Of a stretch of DNA of 64,000 bases, positions 36,938 through 50,120 are shown piece after piece. This DNA comes from Verrucomicrobiota bacterium (GTDB taxonomy: Bacteria > Verrucomicrobiota > Verrucomicrobiia > Opitutales > Coraliomargaritaceae). Position 1 is the first letter of the stretch; the number at the start of each line of letters is the position of its first letter. The notes beneath the pieces were generated by a model. The model did not search any database and was not told the origin of the DNA. It saw nothing but the letters and a program-made list of their open reading frames with translations. A program made the translations under genes and the position numbers. The stretch is from positions 1 to 64,000 of the forward strand of contig JBCBZJ010000010.1 of the NCBI GenBank assembly GCA_039815375.1, in the 5' to 3' direction.

Positions 36938-38512
36938 ATGAAAGACGATACTGTCAGCCGCAGCGCAGTTCCACGCATTATGAGCTTGCTGCTGCACGCG
37001 CACCTGCCCTACGGCATCCGTCCAGATCTGGAGAATTCGCTAGAACAAGCATGGCTTTTTGAAGCGGTCACAGGCTGCTACCTGCCATTGTTGGACTTGG
37101 TTCAAAGCCTCAAGAAACGTCCGGAGGCGCCATGGTTTACGCTCTCATTATCGCCCACTCTACTCGAACTCTGGGCCCATTCTGAGTTTAAAACCCGCTA
37201 CCGCAAACACCTGAAAGAAGGGCTAACAATTATCGAGAATGAAGCGGCCAACAGAAAACACGCCCTCGAGCGTCGACAGCTTGCACTCGAGATCCGGAAA
37301 AATTGGTTGGAGGCTTCCAAACGGTTCGAAGCAATAGATGGAAAACTCGCTGAGGCCTTCAGCCAAGAAGCGCAGAAAGGTAAAATCGAACTGATAACCA
37401 CAGCCGCAACTCATGCATTCTTGCCCGCCTATCAGAATAATGCTCCTCTGCGACACTTCCAAATCGAGAATGGCATCAGGACCTTTACTAAACATACTGG
37501 CATAGAGCCGAAAGGATTTTGGCTACCTGAATGTGCCTACTTCCCCGGTCTAGAAGCTGACCTTCAGGCACACGGGATTGAGTATTTCTGCCTGGAACAG
37601 CTCGGCCTATCTGCGACAACACCTCCCTCACCAATTCGACAACCACTCGCTTGCCCCAACGGACTGCTTGCAATCGGTCGCGATACAGCGCTCTCGCAAA
37701 ACGTCTGGAGCGCCCGGAGCGGCTATCCAGGACAACCTGTCTACAAAGAGTTCCATCGCGATGGCATCGAGCAAGTTGACGAAAAAACCTGTGCCGGTTT
37801 CGCACTTCCTACAGGTGATCGACTACCTTTCGGGCTAAAATACTGGAGCGTTACCGGTGCTGAAACGAAGAACTGGTATAATTCTGAAGTAGCCCGAAAT
37901 CAGGCCAAAGTAGATGCTGCAGATTTTGTCAGTAAGCTGGAGGCAACAGAAGAAGGCCTCATCTTTTTACCTTTTGATGCCGAATTATTCGGGCACTGGT
38001 GGCACGAAGGACCGATCTGGTTGAAACATGTTATAGATGCCGTAAACCGGTCGCCAAAGCTTGAACTCACAAATACACATAAAGCCTCCAAAGCATTTAA
38101 AAATCCAACTATAGGCAGACCAGCTGCGTCAACCTGGGGCCGGAAGAACGACTACTCCTTCTGGATCAACCGTGATACGGATTGGATTTATCCACTGATC
38201 TGTCAAGCCTCTCAAACCTTTGCCCTACTCGTCAGTGACCTAAATAAAATGGATGCTAATCCTTTAATTCAGCGTGCGCTCCGGCAGGCGAGCCGTGAAC
38301 TACTGCTCGCAAGTGCCTCGGATTGGCCTTTCATGATCCATGCAGGATCCACCGTCGAGTATGCGATGCAACGAATCCGTGAGCATATCAGCCGATTCCA
38401 TTTTTTAGCGCAAGCCATCAGCCGTGGCAGCATCGATGAGAAACATCTTTCTCTACTTGAAAAGCTGAACCCGGCCTTTGAAGAACCCAGTTTCAAATCC
38501 TTCACCACCTAG
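36938..38512 (+). CDS. GH57 1,4-alpha-glucan branching enzyme (DUF1957)
   Basis: LHAHLPY, WLFEAV...YLPL, GFWLPECAY, PFDAELFGHWW, ASDWPF. Confidence 0.93.
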   Translation: MKDDTVSRSAVPRIMSLLLHAHLPYGIRPDLENSLEQAWLFEAVTGCYLPLLDLVQSLKKRPEAPWFTLSLSPTLLELWAHSEFKTRYRKHLKEGLTIIENEAANRKHALERRQLALEIRKNWLEASKRFEAIDGKLAEAFSQEAQKGKIELITTAATHAFLPAYQNNAPLRHFQIENGIRTFTKHTGIEPKGFWLPECAYFPGLEADLQAHGIEYFCLEQLGLSATTPPSPIRQPLACPNGLLAIGRDTALSQNVWSARSGYPGQPVYKEFHRDGIEQVDEKTCAGFALPTGDRLPFGLKYWSVTGAETKNWYNSEVARNQAKVDAADFVSKLEATEEGLIFLPFDAELFGHWWHEGPIWLKHVIDAVNRSPKLELTNTHKASKAFKNPTIGRPAASTWGRKNDYSFWINRDTDWIYPLICQASQTFALLVSDLNKMDANPLIQRALRQASRELLLASASDWPFMIHAGSTVEYAMQRIREHISRFHFLAQAISRGSIDEKHLSLLEKLNPAFEEPSFKSFTT

Positions 38513-38556
38513 CCTAAATTCTTTACTCCACCTCACCCATAGCTCACTAGTCAACC

Positions 38557-40437
38557 ATGCCTGAGAAATCTTCCAATTCTCCTTCGGGAAAAGCGCGATC
38601 CAAATCAGACGTTTCCAAGGCAGAACCAGAGAAGGTTGGCTCTCATAATGATATTTCGAAAGCAGGGATGAATAAAAAACCTGCGAAGAGAAGCCCCAAC
38701 AAGAAGACTTCGACCCACCCAGCTCAAAGAAAGACTGCAAAGAAGAAGTCAGCAAAAAGAGCTAGTGCAAAGAAGGTCAAAGCAGCTCCAAAAAAGAAGA
38801 CTTCCAAGAACCCACTGCCAAAGGAGCTAGCTCAGAAAAACACAAAGGCCTTGGCGCATGAAAAGGAAGGTATCGCCAAAGAAGCCAGACCCATCTCTAC
38901 CGAAGCAGCCGATGAAAATCAGGAGCCGCTGCACAATGTTTTCCTCCACGGCGATGTGCCGCCCATGAACATCGTCCATATCAGCCCGGAAATGGCACCG
39001 GTCTCCAAAGTGGGTGGCTTGGCTGACGTCGTCTTTGGGCTGACCAAAGAGCTCGCGATCCGTGGCCACAACGTCGAAATCATTTTACCAAAATACGACA
39101 ACATGCGCTACGACCATATTTATGGTCTCTGCGAAACCTACGATGACCTTTGGGTGCCATGGTATGAAGGTGCCATTCACTGCACCGTCTACTTTGGCTT
39201 TGTTTATGGACGTAAGTGTTTCTTCATCGAACCGCACTCCAGCGATAACTTTTTCAACCGTGGCAAATATTATGGGGACAAAGACGACGTCTGGCGCTTC
39301 GCCTTCTTTTCGCGTGCGGCAATGGAGTTTCTCCTAAAGTCCGGCAAGCGGCCCGACATCATACACTGCCATGACTGGCATACTGGACTCGTCCCCGTCT
39401 ACCTTTGGGAAATCTATCAGCATCTCGGCATGTCGAACAGCCGGGTCTGCTACACCATTCACAACTTCAAGCATCAGGGAATCTGTGGCGAAGAATTACT
39501 TCGGGCAAGTGGTCTGAACCGCCCCGAATATTACTTTGACCATGACCGACTCGGCGATTTCCACCACAAGAGTGCGCTCAATCTGATGAAAGGCGGCATT
39601 GTCTACGCCAACTTCGTGGCGACTGTCTCCCCCACCCATGCAGGCGAGGCGAAAGACAGAGGTCAGGGCTTCGGCCTTGAAGGTGCCCTACAGGCTCACT
39701 CTGGAAAATACGGAGGCATTCTCAACGGCATTGACTACGAAGCATGGAACCCCGGCGACGACAGACACATCCCCACTGCATACAGCGCCAAGGAAATCGA
39801 GAAGAAGTATGAGAATAAGCGCGCACTTCGTGATCGCATGCTACTTGCCGACAATGAGAAACCGATCATCGCTCACATCGGACGGCTCGATCCGCAAAAG
39901 GGCCTCGAGCTTGTTCGCCATGCAATCTTCTACTGCGTCAACCACGGGGCGCAATTCGTCCTCCTGGGCAGTAGCCCGGAACCCTCGATCAATGCTTACT
40001 TCTGGCATCTCAAAAACGAAGTTAACGAAAACCCGGACTGCCACCTCGAAATCGGCTTCAACGAAGAACTCGCACATCTGATCTATGCCGGTGCCGACAT
40101 GATGCTTGTGCCGAGCCGCTTCGAGCCATGCGGCTTAACCCAGCTCATCTCCATGCGTTACGGCACCGTCCCTGTTGTGCGCTCCGTCGGCGGACTTGCC
40201 GACACTGTATTCGACAAGGATTTCAGCCAACATGACTTGAGCCGGCGCAACGGCTACGTCTTCCATAATGATGATCACGCTGGAGTTGAAAGTGCCCTTG
40301 CACGGGCTATTTCATGCTACTACCAGTACCCGGAAGACTTCCGCCACCTTATGACCAATGCCATGAATTCCGACTACTCATGGAATGTTCCCGGACAGCA
40401 CTATTTAAACATCTACAACCACATTAGAAATAAGTAG
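38557..40437 (+). CDS. glgA: Glycogen synthase with Lys-rich N-terminal extension
   Basis: KVGGLADV, HCHDWHTG, PSRFEPCGLTQL, GGLADTV. Confidence 0.95.
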   Translation: MPEKSSNSPSGKARSKSDVSKAEPEKVGSHNDISKAGMNKKPAKRSPNKKTSTHPAQRKTAKKKSAKRASAKKVKAAPKKKTSKNPLPKELAQKNTKALAHEKEGIAKEARPISTEAADENQEPLHNVFLHGDVPPMNIVHISPEMAPVSKVGGLADVVFGLTKELAIRGHNVEIILPKYDNMRYDHIYGLCETYDDLWVPWYEGAIHCTVYFGFVYGRKCFFIEPHSSDNFFNRGKYYGDKDDVWRFAFFSRAAMEFLLKSGKRPDIIHCHDWHTGLVPVYLWEIYQHLGMSNSRVCYTIHNFKHQGICGEELLRASGLNRPEYYFDHDRLGDFHHKSALNLMKGGIVYANFVATVSPTHAGEAKDRGQGFGLEGALQAHSGKYGGILNGIDYEAWNPGDDRHIPTAYSAKEIEKKYENKRALRDRMLLADNEKPIIAHIGRLDPQKGLELVRHAIFYCVNHGAQFVLLGSSPEPSINAYFWHLKNEVNENPDCHLEIGFNEELAHLIYAGADMMLVPSRFEPCGLTQLISMRYGTVPVVRSVGGLADTVFDKDFSQHDLSRRNGYVFHNDDHAGVESALARAISCYYQYPEDFRHLMTNAMNSDYSWNVPGQHYLNIYNHIRNK

Positions 40438-40498
40438 CACCTACCGGAATCGAAAGTAGGAGTGAATTTTCTCTCCATTACACCCTCACTCAAAGCAG

Positions 40499-42937
40499 AT
40501 GAGCCAACCAAAAAACCATATCCAAGCCGCCTATTGGATACGACCGGGGCAAGCCTGCGTCCTACTCGCGCGTAACTGGAAGAAAAACGATACGCCACCG
40601 ATACACCTTAAGGCCAAAGACCTGAAAATGAAAAACCTCCGTCATATGGAACCGGAGGAAATAGGCCGCTTTACCGGTTATTATGAAGAAGATGATCAGG
40701 TCATTTTTTGTCTGAACCCAAAACGCTACCCGCACGTCGATTTCGATCATGACCCGGTCCGCGCAGCCGGCCCTTTCAACGATTGGGGCCGATCTGAAGA
40801 TGCAGCCATATTCAATCTCTCAAAAGCCGAAACGACTACCGGAAAACCACTCTACAAGGTGGCAATACCGCGTGAGCGTGTCGTCTCTGCTGGTAAGAAA
40901 ATGACCTTCAAATTCGTCACACAGAGCTGGCACTGGCTTACCCCTCTGCGCTGTGCCGCCAATCTGATCGAAGACAAAACCGGCAACCTAAACTACGGTC
41001 TGAATATTTCGCGGAGCGGGCAGCACGCCTTTGTTTTTGAAGTCGACGGACGCGGTATGGATAAAGTCGCAGAAGTCACATGGAAGGATGAGAACGCTTG
41101 TCTCATTGTGCCTGGACTCTTCTTCTATGATTTGAAGAGCGATGGGCCATGTGGGCCAAAAATCGAAAAAAATGACACTATTGTCCGTCTATTTGCGCCA
41201 CGCGCAACACGCGTGGATATCGAGATCGATGACAATCCTAACTTCAAAAATCCACAGCGCCTCAAGCTCGACCTCAGCAAAGACCAGGTAACTTGGAAAA
41301 TCGCACTCGAGGGCAACTTTCACGGTTGGTATTATCGCCTCTTCATCGATGGCCCGGACGATGGATGCACGACCATTTTTGATTTTAAGCGTCCTCTTCT
41401 CGACCCCTGGGCACGTGCCACGGTTGGTCCAGAGGGTCCCGGTATCATCATCGATCCGGCCAGAGCGAAACCTGTAGCGAAGCGCCACACCCCACCCGCA
41501 TGTCAAGATCTCAGTATTCTCGAATGCCATGTCCGCGACCTGGTGCGCTTTGCGCCTGTCGAACTAAGTGAAAAGGAACGCCTCGGCTTTGCCGGAGTGA
41601 CGAAGTTTCTCAAACAAGACAACTGCTATCTAAGCCAGTTAGGTGTCAACGCACTCGAGTTTCAGCCGATCCAGCAGTTCGATAGCACTACTGCTGAGGA
41701 ATATCATTGGGGCTACATGACCAATAACTACTTCGCGCCCTGCGCATGGTATGGTACCAATCCAAAAAAAGGTTCTCAGAACGAAGAGTTAGTGGACATG
41801 GTCGACGCCTGCCACGAGCACAACCTGTCTGTCATCGTCGACGTAGTTTATAATCATGTCGGTGAACCGCCAAACCTACTCTTTATCGACAAAGCCTATT
41901 ACTTTCACCTTAGCAAGGACGGTCATCTAATGAACTGGTCCGGATGCGGCAACGTCGTCCGCGCCGAGTCGGCCATGTCACTTCAGCTCATCACCGAAAG
42001 CCTCATTCACCTCGTGCAGGCCTACGATATTGATGGCTTCCGCTTCGATCTTGCTGAGCTCATCACGATCGAAGTTCTAAAGGAAATCGGCGATGCACTC
42101 CGAGCCGTCAAACCATCCATCGTTCTCATCGCCGAGCCGTGGAGCTTCCGTGGTGGAATTCAATGGGACACCAGAATGGCTGGATATGCGTATTGGAACG
42201 ATGGCTACCGCGAATTCGCGCGGGAATACGTCAAAGGTCACAGCAACCCGGGTGCCCTCAAATATTTTGCCAAAGGTTGCATTGACCATATGTCGGCCTG
42301 GCCTTCACAAAGCATCAACTATGTCGAGTCACACGATGACCGGACCTGGCTCGACGACATCACCGAAAACAAAAATCACAACGGCGAATATCCCACGCGC
42401 AATGACATCCTGCGCAGCCACATGATGGCTGCTCTACTCTATACTTCCGTCGGCGTTCCGATGCTTTCCTGCGGGCAGGACTACATGCGCTCCAAACAAG
42501 GCATCCACAACACCTACCAGCGGGGAGATATCAACGCACTGAATTATAACCGCATCAACGACTTCCGACAAACACACGAATACTTCAAGAACTGGATTGC
42601 CTTCCGTGCTTCGGAATGGGGACAGATCCTCCGTCTCGAGAGTAATCCGGGCAAGGAATACCTGCGTGTCTTCACTGCGGAAAACAGCAAACTCTCCGCT
42701 GCCGCCCTACTCTTCAATGCCGACCGTTCGCTGGGCAAACAGCAGGTCCTACTCGCACTCAACCCCAACTTTCATGACGCTAAGATACACCTCTACGATG
42801 TTGACGGCGCAGACTGGCTGCCTATCGCAGACATTTGGAACTTTGACTCGAAGGGCATCTCGGACGAGCGCATGAATCGTCACGAGCGTAACATCTACCT
42901 TGGCCACATGACACTTGGGCTCTGGGTGAGAGATTGA
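40499..42937 (+). CDS. GH13 pullulanase / glycogen debranching enzyme
   Basis: DPWA, YHWGY, DVVYNH, DGFRFDLA, AEPW, NYVESHDD. Confidence 0.9.
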   Translation: MSQPKNHIQAAYWIRPGQACVLLARNWKKNDTPPIHLKAKDLKMKNLRHMEPEEIGRFTGYYEEDDQVIFCLNPKRYPHVDFDHDPVRAAGPFNDWGRSEDAAIFNLSKAETTTGKPLYKVAIPRERVVSAGKKMTFKFVTQSWHWLTPLRCAANLIEDKTGNLNYGLNISRSGQHAFVFEVDGRGMDKVAEVTWKDENACLIVPGLFFYDLKSDGPCGPKIEKNDTIVRLFAPRATRVDIEIDDNPNFKNPQRLKLDLSKDQVTWKIALEGNFHGWYYRLFIDGPDDGCTTIFDFKRPLLDPWARATVGPEGPGIIIDPARAKPVAKRHTPPACQDLSILECHVRDLVRFAPVELSEKERLGFAGVTKFLKQDNCYLSQLGVNALEFQPIQQFDSTTAEEYHWGYMTNNYFAPCAWYGTNPKKGSQNEELVDMVDACHEHNLSVIVDVVYNHVGEPPNLLFIDKAYYFHLSKDGHLMNWSGCGNVVRAESAMSLQLITESLIHLVQAYDIDGFRFDLAELITIEVLKEIGDALRAVKPSIVLIAEPWSFRGGIQWDTRMAGYAYWNDGYREFAREYVKGHSNPGALKYFAKGCIDHMSAWPSQSINYVESHDDRTWLDDITENKNHNGEYPTRNDILRSHMMAALLYTSVGVPMLSCGQDYMRSKQGIHNTYQRGDINALNYNRINDFRQTHEYFKNWIAFRASEWGQILRLESNPGKEYLRVFTAENSKLSAAALLFNADRSLGKQQVLLALNPNFHDAKIHLYDVDGADWLPIADIWNFDSKGISDERMNRHERNIYLGHMTLGLWVRD

Positions 42938-42949
42938 GACAAGTCTCAA

Positions 42950-43609
42950 CTATCGCACCATGATTTTAGCCGCGGCCCCAAGGCCAAGGCTCAAGATCGA
43001 TTGTCCCTGATCGATTAAGACCTCAACTGACTCTGAGCTTGAGCTCCGCGCAGTCACTTTAAGTTTGGCGCCTGGATTGAGCCCAGTGCCCGCCACGTAT
43101 TGGAGGAACTCCGTATCCTGATCCCGGATTCGTTCAACTTCAACAAGCTGTCCGATCGAGCAGTCAGCGAGTGAGCTCATGCTTCCTTCCCGTAATTCGC
43201 CTTCCGCTGATGGAATGGGATCGCCATGTGGATCCTCAGTCGGGTGGCCAAGAAACTTGTCTATCCGCTCCAATAAGAGATCGGAGACGACATGTTCCAG
43301 CTGCTCAGCCTCCTCATGCACCTCAGACCAATCAAAGCCCAGAACTTCAACTAGAAATTGCTCGATCAGGCGATGTCGGCGCAAAACATGAAGGGCAAGC
43401 TTGCAGCCCGGCTGCGTAAGTTCAACACCGATACGAGGAGCGTATTCAACAAGCCCCGCATCCGACAGTGCTTTGACCATGGTCGTTGCTGTGCCCGGCA
43501 CCACACCGAGGGCCTCGGCCACCTGACCCATCGGCACCTCTGACTCGCTGGACTTCTCGGCCAATAGGTAAATCTGCTTGATGTAGTCTTCGACAGTAGA
43601 GCTTGGCAT
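42950..43609 (-). CDS. DtxR/MntR metal-dependent transcriptional regulator with FeoA domain
   Basis: EDYIKQIY, RRHRLIEQFL, HEEAEQLEH, DPHGDPIP. Confidence 0.95.
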   Translation of the reverse strand: MPSSTVEDYIKQIYLLAEKSSESEVPMGQVAEALGVVPGTATTMVKALSDAGLVEYAPRIGVELTQPGCKLALHVLRRHRLIEQFLVEVLGFDWSEVHEEAEQLEHVVSDLLLERIDKFLGHPTEDPHGDPIPSAEGELREGSMSSLADCSIGQLVEVERIRDQDTEFLQYVAGTGLNPGAKLKVTARSSSSESVEVLIDQGQSILSLGLGAAAKIMVR

Positions 43610-43714
43610 TTTCGTGATCATTTCCACGACTAGCGGTTAGGCCAAGCAGAAATGGAACGCTTTGAAGTTTGCTACGGTCAGACAAAACAGTAATTTCTGT
43701 TCTCTTATTCTTTT

Positions 43715-44560
43715 ATGCCCGTCTTTTCGAAGATACATTTCGTTATCGCATCGATTCTCCTTGGATTAATCGCTGCCCAAACTTCAGCCCAAACAAATAT
43801 TGCGGCACAACGGTTGGCCAGCATCGCTCTGGAGGAGGAGAGAATTTACAAGAAACTGGCGGAGGACCCGGAGTTCTATAGCGGGGATGATCTGGAGCGC
43901 CATATCTCCAACTTAATCGGCGCATACAATGCCCATCTGCTCGACCACCCGGATGATGTGAATGCTCTGATTCTCTACGGTAAATTGCTCCGTCGCGTCG
44001 AGAAGTATAACGAAGCTTTCAGTGCATTTCTCAAGGCGGATGAAATCGACCCGGAAATTGCGGTTGTCAAACAGCAGATCGGCACGCATCTGGCCGAGTC
44101 AGGAAAGGGTAAAGCAGCCCTGCCCTTTTACCTTAGAGCCGTCGAGCTGGAACCGGAAACTGCGACCTATCACTTCGCTCTCGGAACTCTACTTTACGAA
44201 TTTCGTGACGACTTCATCGAGGACGGGATTTTCACACGAGATGCTCTGGAACGCGAAATGTTGAAGGCATTCAAGCTGGCAGCCAAACTACAACCCGACA
44301 CTTTCGAGCTACAGATGCGACTCGGTGAAGCCTACTATGATTTGATCAGTCCAGATTGGAAGTCGGCCCTAATACATTGGAACGAACTTCGCAAACGCGT
44401 GGAAAACCCCCTCAAAGTCGAAATTTTAGACCTGCACCGCGCCCGTGTGATGGGCAAACTGGGTCGTTTTGAAGAAGCAATCGCACTGACCGATACAGTG
44501 CTTGCGCCCAGCCTCCAGCAATCCAAAGAACAGGTGCGGGCTGACATAGCTCAGCACTAA
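43715..44560 (+). CDS. Exported TPR-repeat protein
   Basis: Signal peptide and repeated TPR-like helices (ALILYGKLL, YLRAVELEP). Confidence 0.85.
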   Translation: MPVFSKIHFVIASILLGLIAAQTSAQTNIAAQRLASIALEEERIYKKLAEDPEFYSGDDLERHISNLIGAYNAHLLDHPDDVNALILYGKLLRRVEKYNEAFSAFLKADEIDPEIAVVKQQIGTHLAESGKGKAALPFYLRAVELEPETATYHFALGTLLYEFRDDFIEDGIFTRDALEREMLKAFKLAAKLQPDTFELQMRLGEAYYDLISPDWKSALIHWNELRKRVENPLKVEILDLHRARVMGKLGRFEEAIALTDTVLAPSLQQSKEQVRADIAQH

Positions 44561-44569
44561 CAGGCAGGG

Positions 44570-44926
44570 CTACTTCTTTGTTGCCCGCTCAAATCCGTAT
44601 TCGTCAAGCATATCGCTTACCGCGCCCGAGATGGTTGTCATACTTGAACCGGCTCCCACCGCCGCGCTTGCACAGGATGCAAAACCGATCTGGTCTTCTA
44701 AATTCGCACAAAGGCTGCGAGAATCAAGCCAGTGCCCCATGATAATGAGAGCATCAATCCATTGGCGTAAACTAAAGTCACTGTTGTCAGCTTCCTCAAG
44801 CAGTATTCTCAGAAGCTCCGCATTTGCGTCTGCGAAATGTGCTTCCAACCAAGCAAGTCTGGCGGGTGAATCCGCGAACTGCTGACTAAACTTTTCGATA
44901 CCGATTTCCTTCACGAGTGCGACCAT
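44570..44926 (-). CDS. Hypothetical protein
   Basis: 118 aa ORF filling the gap between convergent and divergent neighbours. Confidence 0.7.
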   Translation of the reverse strand: MVALVKEIGIEKFSQQFADSPARLAWLEAHFADANAELLRILLEEADNSDFSLRQWIDALIIMGHWLDSRSLCANLEDQIGFASCASAAVGAGSSMTTISGAVSDMLDEYGFERATKK

Positions 44927-45052
44927 GTTTGAGTGAGACTATTCTGGAAGTGAATATTTCATTTTACTGAAGTTTTTTTTCCTGATTGTAACCTAGCATT
45001 GCCTTCAGACTTGCTACACCGGCAATCTGAGATTGCCTGTAACCCTCTACTA

Positions 45053-45514
45053 ATGCGCAACATCCGAACAGCTGCCCGCGCCCTCGTCATCTTCAAGGGC
45101 AAGCTTCTCACAATAAAGATGCAAGACAGCTCAGGCATTTTTTATATCCTCCCCGGAGGTGGCCAGCGCCATGGAGAGACCCTTCGGGAAGGCCTCATGA
45201 GGGAGTGTCTGGAGGAGATCGGAACGAATGTCGAAATCGGCGAACTATTATACGTCAGAGAATATATTGGTAAGAACCACGAATTTAAAAATGCGCACCA
45301 TACTTTTCATCAAGTCGAGAACGTCTTCCGTTGCACCCTCCCAAACCCAGATGACATCGGCCCGGGCAGTGAAGAGGATAAAAAACAAATTGGTGTCGAG
45401 TGGATCCCCCTCGAAGAACTGAAAGATAAACGCTTTCTCCCGGAAGTCATTAAACCCTTCTTCCGAGCTGGCGATTTTGACGCGGGAACCCACTATCTCG
45501 GAGATGTCAATTGA
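45053..45514 (+). CDS. NUDIX hydrolase
   Basis: Nudix box [23 protein letters not shown]. Confidence 0.92.
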   Translation: MRNIRTAARALVIFKGKLLTIKMQDSSGIFYILPGGGQRHGETLREGLMRECLEEIGTNVEIGELLYVREYIGKNHEFKNAHHTFHQVENVFRCTLPNPDDIGPGSEEDKKQIGVEWIPLEELKDKRFLPEVIKPFFRAGDFDAGTHYLGDVN

Positions 45515-45605
45515 ACACCAGTTGCCCATTAAGAAGCCCAAAAGTATGAATACACAGGGTACACAGGTAAGCTTCCCATCTTCACCCCTGTAACCTTCTC
45601 ACCTC

Positions 45606-46859
<1,254 letters not shown>

Positions 46860-46946
46860 TTTCGATAGCTGGAACACAGACCACATTCAGTCGACAAGAA
46901 CGGCCAGAACCTGGGATCCCCATTCACCCAAGGGAAACCACGACCA

Positions 46947-48695
46947 ATGCAAGAACCCAGCACTGAAACCACCAACGACGAAGAAAAATTCACTGAAGAA
47001 CTCACCTCGGCCCCTGTTGAAAAGAAAGCCGAGCGTATCGAGACCCGCGAACTGAAAGACGACGCAGCTAAGCGCGAAAAGCAGCAGCCACTCATCACTC
47101 GAATCGCAAAAGCGATCAAACGCGAGAAGAAGGCATACACCGAGCTCATCATCAACTCCGAACCGCTTGAAAAGCGTGTCGCCTTACTCAAAGACGGTGT
47201 GCTCGAGAAGTTTGAAGTCGAGCGAACAGGCGAGGCACGCGAGGTCGGCGCCATTTTCAAGGGCCGCATCCAGAATCTGGAACCAGGACTGAAAGCTGCC
47301 TTCGTCGACATTGGTGAAGAAAAAAATGCCTTCCTCCACTACTGGGACATTCTCCCGGCAGCGAACGACAACTCGATCGAAATCGTCCGCGACAACAAGT
47401 CCGAGAAGCAGCGCAAGCGTGAAGCCGAAGCAAAGAAAGTGACGGTCAAGGACATTCCAAAACTTTACCCGATCGGAAGCGAAATCGTAATTCAGATAAC
47501 TAAGGGTCAGATCGGCACCAAGGGCCCCCGCACCACAACGAATATTGCTCTACCCGGCCGCTTCCTTGTTCTCATGCCCCACACCGGCACGCTTGGTATT
47601 TCCCGTAAAATCGAAGATAAAAAGGAACGCTCCCGCCTTAAGAGCATACTACGGGATCTCACCTTACCGGAAGGTATGGGTATCATCGTCCGCACGGCCG
47701 GAGAGGGTAAACAAGCCCGCTACTTCATCCGAGATCTTCACATTCTGCTCAAGCGCTGGGAGGTAATCAACCAGCGCATGGATTCAAGTAAAAAGCCATC
47801 CTGCCTCTACGTGGAACCGGATATCGTTGGCCGCACCGTTCGTGACTTCCTGACCGAAGACATCGACCGTGTCATGGTCGATAAGAAGGACGACTACGAC
47901 ACAGTGCTGGAAGAGGTGACAAACATATCGCCGCGCTCGAAATCGAAAATCCATCGCTTCACGGACGACATTCCGGTATTTGAGCGTTTCAATATTGAGC
48001 GTCAGATTGCACAGACCTTCATGCGCACCGTTCCACTGCCCGGCGGTGGCGAAATCGTGATTGAAGAGACTGAGGCACTCATCTCAATCGACGTGAATAC
48101 TGGCTCACACAAGAATAAGAGCAAGGATGGCAAGGACTTCATCCTACAGGTGAATCTGGAAGCTGCGACCGAAATTGCCCGCCAGGTCCGCCTGCGTAAT
48201 ATCGGCGGCCTCATCATTCTCGATTTCATCGACATGAAAGCGAAGAAGGATCGAAACGCCGTCTACAACCGAATGAAAAAAGAAATGGCGGGAGACAAGG
48301 CGAAGAACCATATCCTGCCGATTTCTACACTCGGCATTATGCAGATGACCCGCCAGCGCCATTCTGAGAGCCATTCCAGTGGCGTCTACACCGACTGCCC
48401 ATACTGCAACGGCCGAGGTAAGGTTAAGTCTTCGCGCACCATGAGTGTTGAGGTGCAGCGTCGACTGATCAGCGTAATCCGCCACATTCGCGCGCGTGAT
48501 GGACACGATAAGGAGATCAACCTGCGTGTGTTACTTCATCCTACGAACCTTGAGCGCCTCCGCACCGAGGACGAGCAACTCCTTCTAGAGCTCGAACAAA
48601 GCTACGGCGCTCGTCTCTCCTTCCGTGCAGATCCCATCTACCATGTTGAGAACTTCAAGATCATCGATATTGAATCGGGCCAGGAACAGCGATAG
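46947..48695 (+). CDS. Ribonuclease E/G family
   Basis: [39 protein letters not shown]. Confidence 0.96.
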   Translation: MQEPSTETTNDEEKFTEELTSAPVEKKAERIETRELKDDAAKREKQQPLITRIAKAIKREKKAYTELIINSEPLEKRVALLKDGVLEKFEVERTGEAREVGAIFKGRIQNLEPGLKAAFVDIGEEKNAFLHYWDILPAANDNSIEIVRDNKSEKQRKREAEAKKVTVKDIPKLYPIGSEIVIQITKGQIGTKGPRTTTNIALPGRFLVLMPHTGTLGISRKIEDKKERSRLKSILRDLTLPEGMGIIVRTAGEGKQARYFIRDLHILLKRWEVINQRMDSSKKPSCLYVEPDIVGRTVRDFLTEDIDRVMVDKKDDYDTVLEEVTNISPRSKSKIHRFTDDIPVFERFNIERQIAQTFMRTVPLPGGGEIVIEETEALISIDVNTGSHKNKSKDGKDFILQVNLEAATEIARQVRLRNIGGLIILDFIDMKAKKDRNAVYNRMKKEMAGDKAKNHILPISTLGIMQMTRQRHSESHSSGVYTDCPYCNGRGKVKSSRTMSVEVQRRLISVIRHIRARDGHDKEINLRVLLHPTNLERLRTEDEQLLLELEQSYGARLSFRADPIYHVENFKIIDIESGQEQR

Positions 48696-48950
48696 CTGCC
48701 ATGCAATTGTCGCTGAGTAAGAAGTTACAAATCATGATGAGTGAATGTGTGAGTGCAATTTCTGATAATGTCAGATTGTCCTTCCTGAACTTTAGTCGGG
48801 TAGGCTGCAGTCTAAGCCTCCAGACAAGCCGATATCTCGACGTAGCTTCCGTGGACACTCGCCCTACTCTATAACATTGATCGAAATTGAACCCGGAGTT
48901 TGATGACAGTGTTCATTCACCACGCACCCATCACCCATTAGTTATTATCC

Positions 48951-50120
48951 ATGAACATCCTGATAGCCTTCGACAAGTTCAAGGACTCGATGACGGCTGT
49001 TCGCGCTTGCGATGCAGCCGCAAACGGTGTGCAAAAAGCGCTTGAAGGGAACGTCATCTTCACCAGAGCTCCATTGACAGACGGAGGCGAAGGCTTCTGT
49101 CGAATACTCACCGAGACGGCAGGCGGCCACTTGGAGTATCATTCCACAACAGGACCCCTGGGTAAGGAGATAGATGCTCCACTGGGCTGGATTGAAAGTA
49201 GTAAAGTACCTGTCCGTGCCAAGGAAATGCTCGGCCTCAAAGATGGGCATGTTGCGGTGATCGAAATGGCAGCTGTCGCCGGGCTCGAAATGGTTCCCGG
49301 CGCACAACGCCACCCGCGCCACTGCACAACACGCGGAGTAGGTGAACTCATCCGTGTAGCTGTAGCGAAAGAGGCTACGGGTATACTATTGGGTATCGGC
49401 GGAAGTGCCACAAGTGACTTAGGCCTCGGTGCACTCGAAGCACTTGGTATCCGCTTTTCAAATACAGACTGTATTACACCTGAGAAGTGGCCTGAAATAG
49501 ACCTCATTGGCGGCGAGCTTGAGTGTGAAGTGCCGCCGATCTTCATCGCCTGTGATGTCGATAATCCGCTCGTCGGCGAAAGAGGTGCTGCGGCAGTTTA
49601 CGGTCCGCAAAAGGGCCTGGGCGCAGATGAGCTAGAGGCGTTTGACCAAGAGGCTGGCAGAATGGCCAAACTGCTTTGTGCACACTTCAACAAACCAGAA
49701 GCGCTGATGGATGTGCCGGGCAGCGGAGCTGCAGGCGGAATAGGATTTGGGCTAAAGGTATCCTGCGGAGCCAATTATGTGCCCGGTTTTGAGTTAGTCG
49801 CCGCATGGCTGGATGTGGCATCCAAAGTGACCGAGGCTGACATCATACTAACTGGCGAAGGTAAGTTTGACATCAGTTCTCTCGCGGGCAAAGGCCCTTA
49901 CTCATTGCTCGCCGCGGCTCATGCAGCCGATAAGCCCGCCATCCTTCTTGCAGGTGCAATCGACCAAGAGGCTGTGAAAATAGCAATGGAACGCTTCCCC
50001 GAGACTGGATTCTATGGAATCAGTCCAGAGGGCATGGAATTGGAAACTGCGCTTGCCCATGGCCCAACCAATCTGGAGCACTCTGTAACACAGATTTTCT
50101 CTCATATGACCAAGGAATGA
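48951..50120 (+). CDS. Glycerate kinase (GlxK/GarK family)
   Basis: [31 protein letters not shown]. Confidence 0.94.
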   Translation: MNILIAFDKFKDSMTAVRACDAAANGVQKALEGNVIFTRAPLTDGGEGFCRILTETAGGHLEYHSTTGPLGKEIDAPLGWIESSKVPVRAKEMLGLKDGHVAVIEMAAVAGLEMVPGAQRHPRHCTTRGVGELIRVAVAKEATGILLGIGGSATSDLGLGALEALGIRFSNTDCITPEKWPEIDLIGGELECEVPPIFIACDVDNPLVGERGAAAVYGPQKGLGADELEAFDQEAGRMAKLLCAHFNKPEALMDVPGSGAAGGIGFGLKVSCGANYVPGFELVAAWLDVASKVTEADIILTGEGKFDISSLAGKGPYSLLAAAHAADKPAILLAGAIDQEAVKIAMERFPETGFYGISPEGMELETALAHGPTNLEHSVTQIFSHMTKE

